From NCBI GenBank assembly GCA_040954595.2, contig CM082579.2, positions 7,119,625-7,183,624 of the forward strand: DNA of 64,000 nucleotides, read 5' to 3'. The notes under the pieces were generated by a model. That model searched no databases, was not told where the DNA came from, and was given only the letters and a program-made list of their open reading frames with translations. The position numbers and the translations under genes are program-made. Shown here piece by piece: positions 25,901 through 37,778 of this stretch. How positions within the stretch are numbered: the stretch's first letter is position 1; every line of letters starts with the position of its first letter. The DNA comes from Balanoglossus misakiensis (Eukaryota; Animalia; Hemichordata).

Positions 25901-28900
25901 CAGTGATGGAAGCAAACAACTCTTTACCCAAGATTCTGTTATTAGCTTTTAAAAAAAATTAAAAAAAACTCCTTGTAATTGAAATGTGATACAGTGTATC
26001 TTCACTATGACGTCTGCGGCAAAACCTGCCAGGTGATTTGATGCTGGTTGGGAATACTGCAGTTTGTGATATTACATACTCCAGCTAATTTTGTGAGTTA
26101 CTGAATGAAGCATTATGTTAACAAACCTCATACAATGATTACTCTGTCCGGTAGTTTTCTAATTTACAAATGAATGAATCTCTAGTAAGTGGGGTAGAAG
26201 TTACCAGCCCACAATTGCTATTGCAATTCAATCCACTGTATAAACATGCAACATTCTCTTGTTGAATTCACTCTAACTTTAGAGCAAAAGAAATACAATT
26301 CCTCATTGAAGAATAAAAAAACAGGGGCAAGCCTAATTCAAGAGTCACATGCCCACGTGCCAGGGATTCACGCAACCATTCATCTCTTCCGAGAAAATCC
26401 TCATTGGGGGCATGGTGCCTCCATGTGAATGAAATGAACTCGGGGTTTATTATATCCACAGTCACGTGTTGACTCCAAGTTGGCCCTGCACACACAGATA
26501 CATTGAAGACTTCAACATGAAGAGAGTAGAACCGCATGAAACTTGTGATTTACATCTGATGATGCACTGATTAATTCAGGTGACGTCACCATAATTTGTG
26601 CTCCAGGAAAAATTAGCTAAGAAAAGAAAACTATCCCAATCCCATTTTTCCCTTTCACACCAACAGACAAACATAAAGTCTCCTTCATGAGACAGGATCA
26701 GATTTTGACAATTTTCGCCGCTGTCTCTGACACCTTCAAAAAAATCCCAAGTGTCGTGTTAATAACTGTCAAGAGGTTCACGTGAAAACTGTCAAAGAGC
26801 ATTGTGTGAAATGCAGGTGATGACCACCAGGAAGATTGTGTGAAGGACCATGTCTCAATGACAGCTGATTAGCGACATGTTTTTCTAACCCTAATGAGAC
26901 TCTAGTGGCGGCCTTATATAAAACACTTTCACTGAGAAGGACATTTTGATCATGGGGTTGCATTAACTGTGTATGGGACCCATACCCACAGCCGAGACAA
27001 GACAACACACACCATTTAATTATAATGATGGAAAGATGTTGTTACTTACCTCTGGAGATCACTAGTAGGTGTTTTGTTGAACGGAGTGCGGACACTCTCT
27101 ACAGTAGATTCTGATGATGATGTCACAACTTCGTTGACCGGTGTTCTACGTCCTGTTTTAAGGGAAAAGTATCACAATGTTAAGTTTTTCCACACAGAAA
27201 ACAGACCCTCCCCGGATTCGGATCAGAACACTTTTTACAGACCCTTTTTCCTTTCTCCAAAGTTGCCTCTCAGTGGCCACACTGAGTAAGGTCAGCATGA
27301 TAGAGTCTGTATCATTTCACTGTGAAACAGTCACTGCATTGGTTTTACATAGCACAGAAAAATTCATTTCGCCCATCGGATTTTATCAATGTTCACATAA
27401 TGAACCATTCAATTTGTTCCTGGGAAGTTTTCCCAATCTGAAGGACTGCGAAATTTTATTACAAAGTGGAAAAAGTTATCAGGAATAGATATTTATTTGC
27501 TATGCATGCATAACAGTCAGTTTGGAATACATCACAAAATGGCTGACACTTTGAGCGTGGATATGACATTTCAAGTGACCTTGGTGATCGCACTTCTCTC
27601 TTACAAAACCCTGAAGAGAAAGAGAGTTGGATGGAAATTAAGGTGGGATTTCCAGATGTCACGAAAGCTGAAGTTGCAGTTGTTGCCATGACAATATCAT
27701 TTGATGAACACTTCAACATTCACAATCATTCTTAAACATTAAATCAATACTTGATAATTGCCATCTGTACTCCCCCCATTCTCAAGGTTCCTGTGGGCTG
27801 TTGTTTGCTATATTTAGATTGTATTAATACGGGAAAAGTGGCATTTGAACTTGTTAAATCAGGCCACAGCATGGACCCTACATTAAACTTGACAAATTCT
27901 TCAAAACAAGACCTATGGGGCAATGTATATATTCAGTCTTCCCACAGAAGGTATTGAACTCACCCCCAACTTGTACAGTACAATATGCCACCCATGCCCA
28001 TTGAACGACCATATTTTGTGAATCACCTGATTACATTTTGTGAGTGCTACATAGTAACCGTACCTTGATCCATTGAGACCGATGTTGATGCTGCCATAGA
28101 AGACATTGATCGGACATCCGAATATGAACTGCTGGTACAACTGTAGTTTTCTTGGCTTTCACAAAGGTCTGCATATTCTTGACTGAGAAGGAAGTGTACA
28201 TGAAATATAAACAATCTAGAAAGATCTGACAAACACCAATATCATTTTTGTTCCCAATCTGGTGGAAAAATACTTTCCAGAGTAAAACAAATCAGCAACA
28301 TGACAAATTCATACAACATTTATTAAACTTGTAATTTTTTGTGATATTTCATTTTTTGCTTGATACAGGGTGAGGAATCTAAAACTTAAGTACAACAAAC
28401 TACCATCCTGAAAAACAATGAACTGTTCTTTCCTTGCAAACAAGATGCCTGTGACAACATTGTTCAGCATGGTGTACATGTTACTGAGGTTCCCAGTCAT
28501 TTTACAGGGATTCCCCTTGGTGTATCAATGCAGTCATATTGATGGGTAAGCATACAGAAATGTTACCAGGGCTCTCAAATCACTGGTCTATATTCGCCAA
28601 CCTAAAAAAAACCACTGACTATACACTTTCTCATGTACAAATTGATGCATCATACAATGAATTTCAAGACTGCCTTAGAACTGCACGTGGATACATGGGA
28701 CGGTTGCTTATGCAAGCTGGCATGGCTGACACTGTGACCTTTGGAAATAAGGTCGAGTGAGCAACTTCTCCGAAGACTGACCATCTGACGTTATGAAGTG
28801 GTTGTTGGGGGAAAAAATGAAGTGCTTTACTCACTTGGTTTGTGAATTACGCAGAACGGACAGAGTGACGTGATTGGTGGCTGATGCACTTCTCAGCATT

Positions 28901-30810
28901 GACACAGCTCTGAAATCAAAAGATGAGAACATATAAATTATCCTCCATACACTATACACAAAACAATGGCTTTGGGATATAGATTTTATTGGTATCATAA
29001 TATCATCTTCGCCAAAACTATGTAAAACGTAACAACAAAATTTCTGTAATGCTAAAATCTCCTACAAGCATTTGAATTTATTGTATCAGCATATATACCT
29101 CAGACACTTCTTGGGGTAATACTCATTTCATTCTCATGATGGCCACTGGGGGCAGTACCAGTACATCAAACATAAACTCTCGATCTTCACAACATATAGT
29201 AAACAGCACTTATGGTTGCAGAAAATTGAACTGAAGAAAACTCACTACAATGTACTTACTTGTCATTTGTAACTCCGACCAAACTTTCTCCATTCACCGA
29301 CAGAATCTGATCACCTTCTTGTAATCTGCCTGCAGTGTCAACAGACACAAAACATTTCAGAGACTTTTCACAGATTAAAAGTGTCAATATTGTTGTCATA
29401 CCATTGTCACAAGAGGGCGCTCATCACATGACAGTAAAATCTACTGTACTGCATCTTATAACCACACTTTTAGATGACAAACTTACCATCGGCGGCAGCT
29501 AGACCACCGACCAACACTCTCCTCACATAGATACCATAACCTCGGGCACTACGACCTTCGTTACGTCCACCAATTACTTTGATACCTGGAAGAATATGGA
29601 TTCTATCTTCAAAAACCAGTCACCCTTGCTTTTAACCAGGTTAAGTCCCTGAAATATTACTGTTCCACTCACTAATACACAATTCATGCACATTATTAAC
29701 GTGCCCTGTTCTTGAACCAATCAGCCCTACTGTTGCCTGATATAGATATGCTATGATCTTACCTAGCCCACTCTTGCAATTATCAAAGACAATGGTCTCT
29801 GAATCAGAGGTATCACTGGTAATGCTTGCTGCGAATGGCTCATTTCCACGGAGAGATGCAACACTACGGGATAATGAAAAGAGAAGACAAAGTTACTGGT
29901 AGTCTCATCAGTACCGTTGTCATGGAAACACACAGAATGTGTTCAGTTCAACTAAAACCCAAAAGAGGAGGGTTTTTGTTTATTTTGATTTTGTAGCATA
30001 AGCAATATTTCATATATATTACATTTGTATTGAATACCTGGTCAAACAGAGACATACGGTATGCAATTTTCATGTTCCAGTAATTACTGTGAATAGATGA
30101 CTACTAGAAGTGGCTATGTGGACACGTCGAATGAATAGAAATTTGTGCCTAGTAACTACTGTCTTTGAGAAAACACTAGTCTATACATCTGATACATGTA
30201 CCGTACTAATGTACATTGCAAGAACTAGGCTATTATCTGGAAGAGCATCGGAAACAATCTCACTGCTAAATTATGACTGACTTTTCAATAAATGAAAGGT
30301 GTTGCAAACTGACCCTGGAAATGAATTGCAATGTCACTATGTCAATTTCGATGGAAGACTAGTTAACCAAAGTAAGCTTTGTTGTGTGAATGTGTATTCA
30401 CATAGAGCCTCAAAGGGACAAATATTTTCAGTGGTCTGTCAGATACCATAGCGACCGGGTTAGTGGAAATGCATCTCTTTGTTGTGATGTGATCTGCAAA
30501 GAGATTACCACAACAAACCTGTTGCATTTCAATTAAAATGTTCAACATGTGAGTTGCATTTACCATGGTCTCTCCCTTTCGCAACAATCCGACAAACACT
30601 TATTCCGTACAAAGCTATTAACTGAGGCTTTGAATGGTCTTTGACAACTGTACAAGTCCCTTGTAACCTATTTTTTTGCACACTGGATGACATATGGATG
30701 GCCTACAATGTGACATAGCTAAAATCAATACTTGTGTATGGTTGCTAGTTATTGTAAACTCATAATCCTTACCTCGACATTGTGTCGGTCAAAACAATTG
30801 TAGCAGACAT
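16977..30810 (-). CDS. STXBP4: Syntaxin-binding protein 4 (Synip) orthologue: PDZ1, PDZ2, Ser/Pro-rich linker, EF-hand-like region, coiled coil, WW; 22 coding exons, ~847 aa
   Basis: Phase-consistent exons: 30773-30810, 29763-29863, 29487-29585, 29260-29329, 28835-28909, 28064-28182, 27050-27152, 25147-25279, 24674-24780, 22925-23256, 21321-21434, 21000-21169, 20741-20837, 20340-20467, 19968-20060, 19630-19695, 19185-19358, 18850-18969, 18704-18750, 18296-18453, 17599-17656, 16977-17118. Diagnostic segments: [153 protein letters not shown]. Confidence 0.93.
18032..18168. promoter_or_regulatory. Four TGCAT(T/G)(G/A)TGGG motifs resembling Staf/ZNF143 sites
   Basis: TGCATTGTGGGA at 18032 and 18109, TGCATGATGGGA at 18077, TGCATGATGGGC at 18157, all in the same orientation within a STXBP4 intron. 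Confidence 0.4.
23480..24662. mobile_element. 1.18-kb non-autonomous TIR element, P-superfamily-like
   Basis: Perfect 32-bp TIRs CACGGTTACTAGAAGAAGACGGTTAGGAAACT. A 7-bp direct repeat ATTCCAC lies at 23473-23479 and 24663-24669. No transposase ORF. CA..TG ends with a 7-8 bp TSD suggest the P superfamily (inference). Confidence 0.88.
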
Positions 30811-31714
30811 TTTAAAACCTGTAACATAAAAGGAGACAATGACACAAATTATGAGAAAAGAAAATGTGATTGTCAAAGTAGCAGGGATAAAATCAATCTA
30901 CTTCTAATTGCATGCAGTCTGTAATTGGTCAAGCAGAGGTAAACTGTCACAACACTTATTTTTGGATGAAAGAATAATTGTGTACAGTTCCTCAAAGCGA
31001 CCATTCCCTACAAAACCAGATGGCTAAAACATCACAGCAAGGGGTAAAAGGGATTTTGTTGGAGTTTCACAGATCACCTTAACAAAAGGAGCACACATTA
31101 GATTTGGCACATTCCTTGACTCAAGGGGTTTATGCTTGACTGAACCGAACACAACACTGTCTAAGAAGCATGCACAGGCCACCATTGCCAAATGTCTACA
31201 ACAATAACTTCATGACCTGGCTTGACCTTCACGGGTCATTCCTGATCACGTTTCATGAAGTTATATTGTACTGACATATGTATATGTGACACATTAACTA
31301 CTGGGTTTTAAAGTCATGACACATATTTTTTTACAAATTGAGAATGAGGTCAGATTTATCTCAAGCAGCATCATGCTTGTCTGAGGGTGACGAGAGTGAG
31401 TTTTAGATTGTTGACAGTTGACTATCTCTTGTGTTTTGTTCAAGTTGTTGTTCAAGTATGAACTGCTGGTAGGTAGTATCTTGATTTTGCACTGGGGCAA
31501 CTCAGTGTCTTATCTGTTAAGTACAGAATGTGGAATATTATGGTACCACAGAAAACTCACTGCAACTTTCCATTTGGGTCAACTAGTAGTAGAAACAACA
31601 TTGGTACAAGCTGCTTTCACAAAGAAAATGTGTTGAATATTTGGTTGTTCTAATAAATTTGGAATGATTATTAAAAGATCAAGCAAAACCTGGCTATTAG
31701 TTGCCTATCTATAA

Positions 31715-32333
31715 TAGTCCATGGGCCAGACAAGAATTTGGTATCAGAAAGATGGACAAAGCCTCATGTGGTTTTTTGGAAAGGCCTATATCTCTAGATT
31801 ATGAATTGGGGTGATAGCCCTGCCTATCGAGTAGCTTTCTGCATTTTTCCCCTCAAAAACTAATGTAAGAACATAAAAATTTCCGACCCAAATTTTGGGG
31901 GTAGGGGAACTTTAAATTGCTGTAACTCCAGCAAAACTAAAGCCAGAACAGTCATTTACCACTCAAATTGTGTGTTTTTTAGAACTCTACCAATATAATA
32001 TATTTTAGTGGTAATCCGTTTTGAATTGAGGTCAATAGAGGTCAAAAGGTCATGAAATTTGGGTCATTCTGAAAATTTGTAGTATGACTATTTCTTGAAC
32101 GATTTTTTTGAACGTAAGTCTTTAAATGTCATTTAGAAGATAAAATACTCTCCCAGAATCTATTTCAAACCAATAGAAAACCTTATTATTCATTTATGAC
32201 TAGAAAAACACAAATAAGGAGAAACGACAGAAAGACATCCAATTTTCCACTCAGTTTTAAGGGTAGGGGAAACTTAAGTTCTTGTAACTCCGGCAAAAAT
32301 AAAGCCAGAACAGTCATCTAACACTCAAATTGT
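31715..32333 (+). repeat. Left long terminal inverted repeat of the Academ element
   Basis: Reverse complement of ~37779-38407, with few substitutions apart from a short non-matching bubble after base 15; inner boundary approximate. Confidence 0.9.
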
Positions 32334-32627
32334 GAAGTTTGAAGCATTCTATCGAATGATACAACTTTATGTCAGTTATCTGTAAAACAACAAAGGTCAA
32401 CAAAGGTCAAAAGGTAAAAAAATTGGGCCATCAGTGCCCAAAATTGGCCGTATGACCATTTCTCACATTATTTTATTGACTTCATGGTATCAAATGTATT
32501 AAAGAAAGATAAAATACTGTAGCAGAAGCTATTTTAAACCAAGTGAAGTCATATATAAAAGAAAATAGAAACCATGTAGTTATATATTTTCTTCTTGGTG
32601 TCAAATTTCATTTGTTCTGCACCTTTT

Positions 32628-34709
32628 TTAATCGACATCAGGATCACAGTCCATATCAGAACAGTCAGAATCATTCTCAAATGTTTCGTCGTCAACCTTT
32701 TGATTGTCACATGTCTGTAAGCGGCACATGTAAGTGCATTTGAGGCCATTTACCATACATGGGCAATCTCCGTGTACACATTTTCTCTTGCACTGGCATG
32801 CCAGAAGCTCCAGTACAGCATCAGGAGCCACCTGTCCGTGTATCCAATCCAAGTCAAGGCCCCCATCAGCTCTATGTAGCCATCCATGGCCATTTGGTTC
32901 AGGAATGTCAGGCATTGGTAGCAAAGCCCTCTTCCATACCCCAGCTTGAAAATTTGCACGTTCTATGTGTTGCTTGAGACTGTCCCCACAAGGAGGGAGT
33001 GTGCTGGAATCAACTTCTCCTCTCTTTGATAGAAAGATTTCATGACGGAGAATGTTCACGTCACATGTTTTTGAAGAAGCAGCATACATGCGACACGTGA
33101 ACTCTTCCAATTTTTTAATTATCGATTGATCCACATTCCAGGATGTCCCAAGCTGTATAAATGCATCAATTGCCACTTCATCCTTTGTCAATTTTTTCCA
33201 TGGTCCTGTCTTCCCTCGGCCAGCAAATGCACTTACGGAATCACAGCCTGTAAATGCATGGAATGCTATCAAAGCCTGCGACAACTTATCACCTAACACT
33301 ATCCGCAATTTCCCTATGTCCATGTATCTTACTCTAGCTTTGGTTCCTCTTTTCTGATACAGGGAAGCACGGATTTCCTTTGAAAATGCTATGCAGAGTA
33401 TAAATACGTCAGTGTCCTCGGACACAATTATGACTGACGTATATCCATGGTCAGATGCATGCTTTGCATGCAGAAGCATCCTTGTGTCTGCTTCTTCTTG
33501 AGAGGAAATCAGATCATCAACCAGGGACACTCCCGTCTGATCAATGCGAAAACACTGAATACCACATGTAACAAACAGTGTTTTTTTGTCAATGATAGAT
33601 CTGCTCTGCTCCGACATCCATTCTTCTGTGATGAATGCAATGAGCATGGTCTTGTTTTGGGCCTCTGAGAGGAAACTTCGCCACTGTTTGACCTTATGAC
33701 CTGCAGCAATACTTTTGAACTTTACACCAGTCCCAGAGCCTCGATTCACTCGTTCTGCATCTTTAATTGAACCTTCTTGATAAACATCAAACACAACATC
33801 AACCCTGTCACTTTTGTCTCCTTCTCGAAGAACTCTCTTCAATACAGTCTTAGCAATGTCACCAAATGTTTTTTGGTTACCTTCCACTTTCTGCACAATG
33901 CTCATACCATCAACAATGCATGCCGATTTTTCAGAGAAAACTTCAAGCACTGGGACATTCTGCGCTATGTCGTTCATGAAATTTGCCTTGTTAGTTTTTC
34001 TGAGTGACCCATCCGCATTGGCCAGTGCCCAGGGAACTGGGCCAAGTGGATGACTTAGAACCTGTTGCATCTCAAGTTGCCTTGTCTCAGCAACAACAAT
34101 GATATGTCCAAAGAGATTCCTGTCAGCTTTAAGGACTATTTCTTTTCCTTTGCGCATCACTTTCTTTGCGTACACATCAGTGAAGGTCTTCAATTTCTGC
34201 TTCTTCAGTGTGGCAAAGAAGTCAACTGTACCCATTTCAAGACGTTTAGTTCTGAATTCCTTGAATGCCTCTTCGCCAACCTTTAAAGCATTCATCAGAT
34301 CATCTGCAATTTCAGTGGGTGGCATAGCTGCTGTGGCCAGATTTATGAGGCTGTTTTGGTCAGACCTGAATGGGTTAATCCAGCTTTCCTCCATCAGGTT
34401 GACAAGGGACTGGACGTCTGACTCGTCCTTTAATATCCTGGTGTGTTGTAAATCTGAGTGGTTCAATTGAGAGCCCGCAAGGCCAACCATTTCCCTTAGC
34501 TGTCTAAGAAAGAGGCTCCTGTATTCAGCATTCAGATAGTACTTCTGCACAGCCCCACTTTTCAAACTGAAACCTTTTGTACCACCAGCAGTTTGGGTGT
34601 CCTTATTGATGGTTTCTTCGATGGTTTGATCAAAAGGTATCTTGCCAAAGGGATTGCTTGGACCAAGTTGTACTGAAATTTCCTCCATGCATGAAGTGTT
34701 GATACACAT
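32628..34709 (-). CDS. Academ transposase, C-terminal part: end of DDE core, XPG/FEN1-like nuclease, Cys8 finger (693-aa ORF, continuation after frameshift)
   Basis: DQTIEETINKD; XPG/FEN1-type acidic motifs IVDGM, VFDVY, QEEADTR, SEDTDV, HAFTGCDSVSAFAGRGK; C-terminal CQCKRKCVHGDCPCMVNGLKCTYMCRLQTCDN. Confidence 0.88.
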   Translation of the reverse strand: MCINTSCMEEISVQLGPSNPFGKIPFDQTIEETINKDTQTAGGTKGFSLKSGAVQKYYLNAEYRSLFLRQLREMVGLAGSQLNHSDLQHTRILKDESDVQSLVNLMEESWINPFRSDQNSLINLATAAMPPTEIADDLMNALKVGEEAFKEFRTKRLEMGTVDFFATLKKQKLKTFTDVYAKKVMRKGKEIVLKADRNLFGHIIVVAETRQLEMQQVLSHPLGPVPWALANADGSLRKTNKANFMNDIAQNVPVLEVFSEKSACIVDGMSIVQKVEGNQKTFGDIAKTVLKRVLREGDKSDRVDVVFDVYQEGSIKDAERVNRGSGTGVKFKSIAAGHKVKQWRSFLSEAQNKTMLIAFITEEWMSEQSRSIIDKKTLFVTCGIQCFRIDQTGVSLVDDLISSQEEADTRMLLHAKHASDHGYTSVIIVSEDTDVFILCIAFSKEIRASLYQKRGTKARVRYMDIGKLRIVLGDKLSQALIAFHAFTGCDSVSAFAGRGKTGPWKKLTKDEVAIDAFIQLGTSWNVDQSIIKKLEEFTCRMYAASSKTCDVNILRHEIFLSKRGEVDSSTLPPCGDSLKQHIERANFQAGVWKRALLPMPDIPEPNGHGWLHRADGGLDLDWIHGQVAPDAVLELLACQCKRKCVHGDCPCMVNGLKCTYMCRLQTCDNQKVDDETFENDSDCSDMDCDPDVD

Positions 34710-37269
34710 CTGGATAGTCCATTCTCAGACGGCACATGGAAGAAAAATAGTATGAAAGGTACCGTGCGTAGTTCAGTCGGTCGTAGGCAAAACACCATGG
34801 TATCATATATCTGATACACATAAGGTGGTCCTCAAAATTTCCTTCCCTGGATGCACGGACAAGCCCGAGGACAATCTCCACCATATCCACGTATGACATC
34901 CAAAAGTTAGACAGATCACCATTTCCAGTTCTCAGAAAGTCCAAGTATTCTTGAAATCGCTGTAGTATATGAGAACAGGAGTGTATTTCCTGGAACTTGA
35001 GCCAGGTTTCACCAGATATATCCTCTGCGAATTCGTTCACATGGAGCAATGCTTCAGCCAGCTTGTTTTTGTCTCCATCCCCCAAGCATGCTTCAAACCC
35101 ACTCCATGCTAAGCGAAGGAGAGACTCATACATCAGTTTATGTAGCCGAATAGCTCGGTTGTATTTCTTACCATCCAAAACCATCCCTATCGAACCATCA
35201 GCAATCACACCTGATTCTACCGATAGATCTCGCAGCCCTGCATCACCAAATCGTTTTCCAATCACTGCAAGCATGGTGCAAATGGTATGAAAGACTCCCA
35301 TTCTCAGGACAATGGGCTGAAAAGTCCGTGAGTTCTTCCATATTACCTCACAGGCCTTGGCATAAAGTGCTTGGTCAAAAACACACACAATCACATTCAA
35401 ATTGAGGGCTTGCATCATTTTTAGAGACCGCAGAAGAACTTCATAAACTGTTCCCAAATCAGTGGCTGGGGCGTTCACTGTCGGTAGGTATGCAATATTG
35501 TCTTCAATAATGTCAATGCCACTTCTCAGTTTGATGTTGAACCCAGTCCAGCTGCTGACTTGCTGAGAGTGCATGTTGGCCAGGCGGGACAATACCCATG
35601 CAATGTTCTTTATATGTGTGGCGCGTACAATGTTTGGTAACTGAGTGTCAACTGATTCTATTGGTTTAGGTCCCACGCGTTTGCCAGCATTGTATATGGG
35701 AATATCATGACTGTCTTCTGAGATAGAGCGTTGTTTTGTCTTTGGTGCTCGAAGTGACACCCTTTGCTCAGCATCCTCATCGAGTTCCTTCTGTTGTATA
35801 GCGATTCCATTGACTCGATGCGAGGTGCCCCCTCCACTGAGAGTTTCCTCCAAACGGTCTATATTGTCCCAAACCAACGTTGTGAAAACACCAGGACGCA
35901 AGTCTGTTGGTAATGGTACATCATCTCCGGATGACAACTTCCGCAAACAAAGTGCTGTATCAATTTGCTGCATCATGGAATACGAAATACTGTGACCAAG
36001 GCGATTCAGGGTGTGTATCAGTTCAACATTCCCAGTAAGTGATTTGACAGCATAAGGTATTAGAACATGTTTTGCTGTTTTTTCATTTCCATTGGTAACA
36101 GCATAAACCACATCTTGAGCAAAGGAGTTGCTTAATCTTGACACTCGCTCAGTCTGGACATCACAGTTGGGTTCCCCACTCAAAAGTACTTTGTAAAACT
36201 TGGACAAGGGCGCTGGAATATTTAGAGATTTAGTATCAGGGGGCCAATCATCGCTTACGCCCCTAGATAATATATCCTTCCGCAGGATTAGAGCAGATGT
36301 GGTGATGATACTTTCATCTGTTTGTTTTTCTGCTGCAAGAAGTTCTTTTCTTACAGCATTGTACTTCAGGACAACAGTACCAATATCTAGTGATGACGGA
36401 TATACAAGCACCCTACCATTTACATCATTCAAAAAAATCAATGTCCCTTTGAATTCCGTATTTAGCGTACGCTGCAGGTTTTTTTTGGTGGAATTGTTAA
36501 CCTGTTTAACACCAAGTTGGAGCATTTTGGTAACTAACTTGTTTGATAGATCAGTCAGGGGAACTACCTCAGGGTTTGTGAACAAATCATTTCTGATAAA
36601 AGAAAATAACTCTTCTTGAGCAATTTGCAGGACATCCTCATAACTAGTATCTTGATCATGTTGACTTTCATCAACCTCCATATGACTTGAACCTGCTTGA
36701 ATATCAGGCCTTGTATACTCCCTATAACACTTTCTATGATAGTGACCCTCAGCAGCAACCAACTCACGACTGAGAAGTGCAAGAATTTTACTGTCATTTT
36801 TTCTTGTTGCTGCCTCCCTTAATGTGTTGTCCGCACGCAATTGCTGACAACGAACTAAAGGAGCTCTTGTCCTACTTCCCTTCATGTACTTGGTGGTGGA
36901 GCAAAATAGGCAAATATGATCGTACACCCGAGACCCTTGTATGCTCAACCTCTTTTCACGTTCCAGTGTATTGGTTCCTTCAGATGATGACGACTGCTCA
37001 TTAGAAAGGATAGATTCAAGAGCCTTTTTCATCGTAAAGAGACTTCTGCATTTCCGATGGTACTGCACCTGAGGAATTTCACCTTCGCCCAAACCAATGG
37101 CGAGGTCCTGAATTGGTTTGTATTTTCGTATGTTAGCTGCATTCAGCAAAGTTATCCAGGAGGCGTGATCTTGTAGAGTGACGAGGCTTGCTTTGCGGTC
37201 GGATTCATGACAGTCGAGAAAACAATCCCGTCGAGCCCTCTTGTGTGGAATAGAAGATGGGTTTGCCAT
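34630..37269 (-). CDS. Academ transposase, N-terminal part (879-aa ORF, shifts frame near 34680)
   Basis: Two Cys/His modules ending YHRKC; RNase H-like motifs VWDNIDRLEETLSGGGTSHRVNGIAIQ, LPTVNAPATD, VFDQALYAKA, RMGVFH, FAYDRLNYARY. Confidence 0.88.
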   Translation of the reverse strand: MANPSSIPHKRARRDCFLDCHESDRKASLVTLQDHASWITLLNAANIRKYKPIQDLAIGLGEGEIPQVQYHRKCRSLFTMKKALESILSNEQSSSSEGTNTLEREKRLSIQGSRVYDHICLFCSTTKYMKGSRTRAPLVRCQQLRADNTLREAATRKNDSKILALLSRELVAAEGHYHRKCYREYTRPDIQAGSSHMEVDESQHDQDTSYEDVLQIAQEELFSFIRNDLFTNPEVVPLTDLSNKLVTKMLQLGVKQVNNSTKKNLQRTLNTEFKGTLIFLNDVNGRVLVYPSSLDIGTVVLKYNAVRKELLAAEKQTDESIITTSALILRKDILSRGVSDDWPPDTKSLNIPAPLSKFYKVLLSGEPNCDVQTERVSRLSNSFAQDVVYAVTNGNEKTAKHVLIPYAVKSLTGNVELIHTLNRLGHSISYSMMQQIDTALCLRKLSSGDDVPLPTDLRPGVFTTLVWDNIDRLEETLSGGGTSHRVNGIAIQQKELDEDAEQRVSLRAPKTKQRSISEDSHDIPIYNAGKRVGPKPIESVDTQLPNIVRATHIKNIAWVLSRLANMHSQQVSSWTGFNIKLRSGIDIIEDNIAYLPTVNAPATDLGTVYEVLLRSLKMMQALNLNVIVCVFDQALYAKACEVIWKNSRTFQPIVLRMGVFHTICTMLAVIGKRFGDAGLRDLSVESGVIADGSIGMVLDGKKYNRAIRLHKLMYESLLRLAWSGFEACLGDGDKNKLAEALLHVNEFAEDISGETWLKFQEIHSCSHILQRFQEYLDFLRTGNGDLSNFWMSYVDMVEIVLGLVRASREGNFEDHLMCIRYMIPWCFAYDRLNYARYLSYYFSSMCRLRMDYPDVYQHFMHGGNFSTTWSKQSLWQDTF

Positions 37270-37778
37270 TTTGTATTTATTATACTGGACCTGAATATAA
37301 ATAGATCATGCACATATTGTGTTGAGGAAAAAAATAAGCAGATTTTTGAACCTTTGCTTGGCTTGTCATCTGCTGTGCCTGTACACTGTAGGATGGTATC
37401 CAACAATAATACGCAATCAGAGCTACAATGCTATAATAACCCTTCTCGTAGTATTGTTAGGGATCTAGTCATCATACAAGTACAGTGCACATGAGCAGCA
37501 TGCAAAGGTTCACAAATCTGCACACCCGTTCTCCTAAACACCATATGTGCATGATCAGTTGGGTGTATACTTACCTGTTAGATGGCCAAACCTACCCCAA
37601 AATCCGTGGGAAATTGTTTGTTATTATCCTGTTTCTCTACTAATTTTTTTCTGATTGTAATTGAATACCATAAGTGTTCGAAATTACCCAAATCTAGTGA
37701 TCTTTTGACCTCTTTGACCTAAATTCAAAATAAAATTGCAACAAATACATATACAATCGCTAGAGTGCTAAAAAATAC

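Noticed and set aside
32734-37004. Plus-strand ORFs inside the transposon
   Set aside because: Antisense shadows of the transposase coding sequence.
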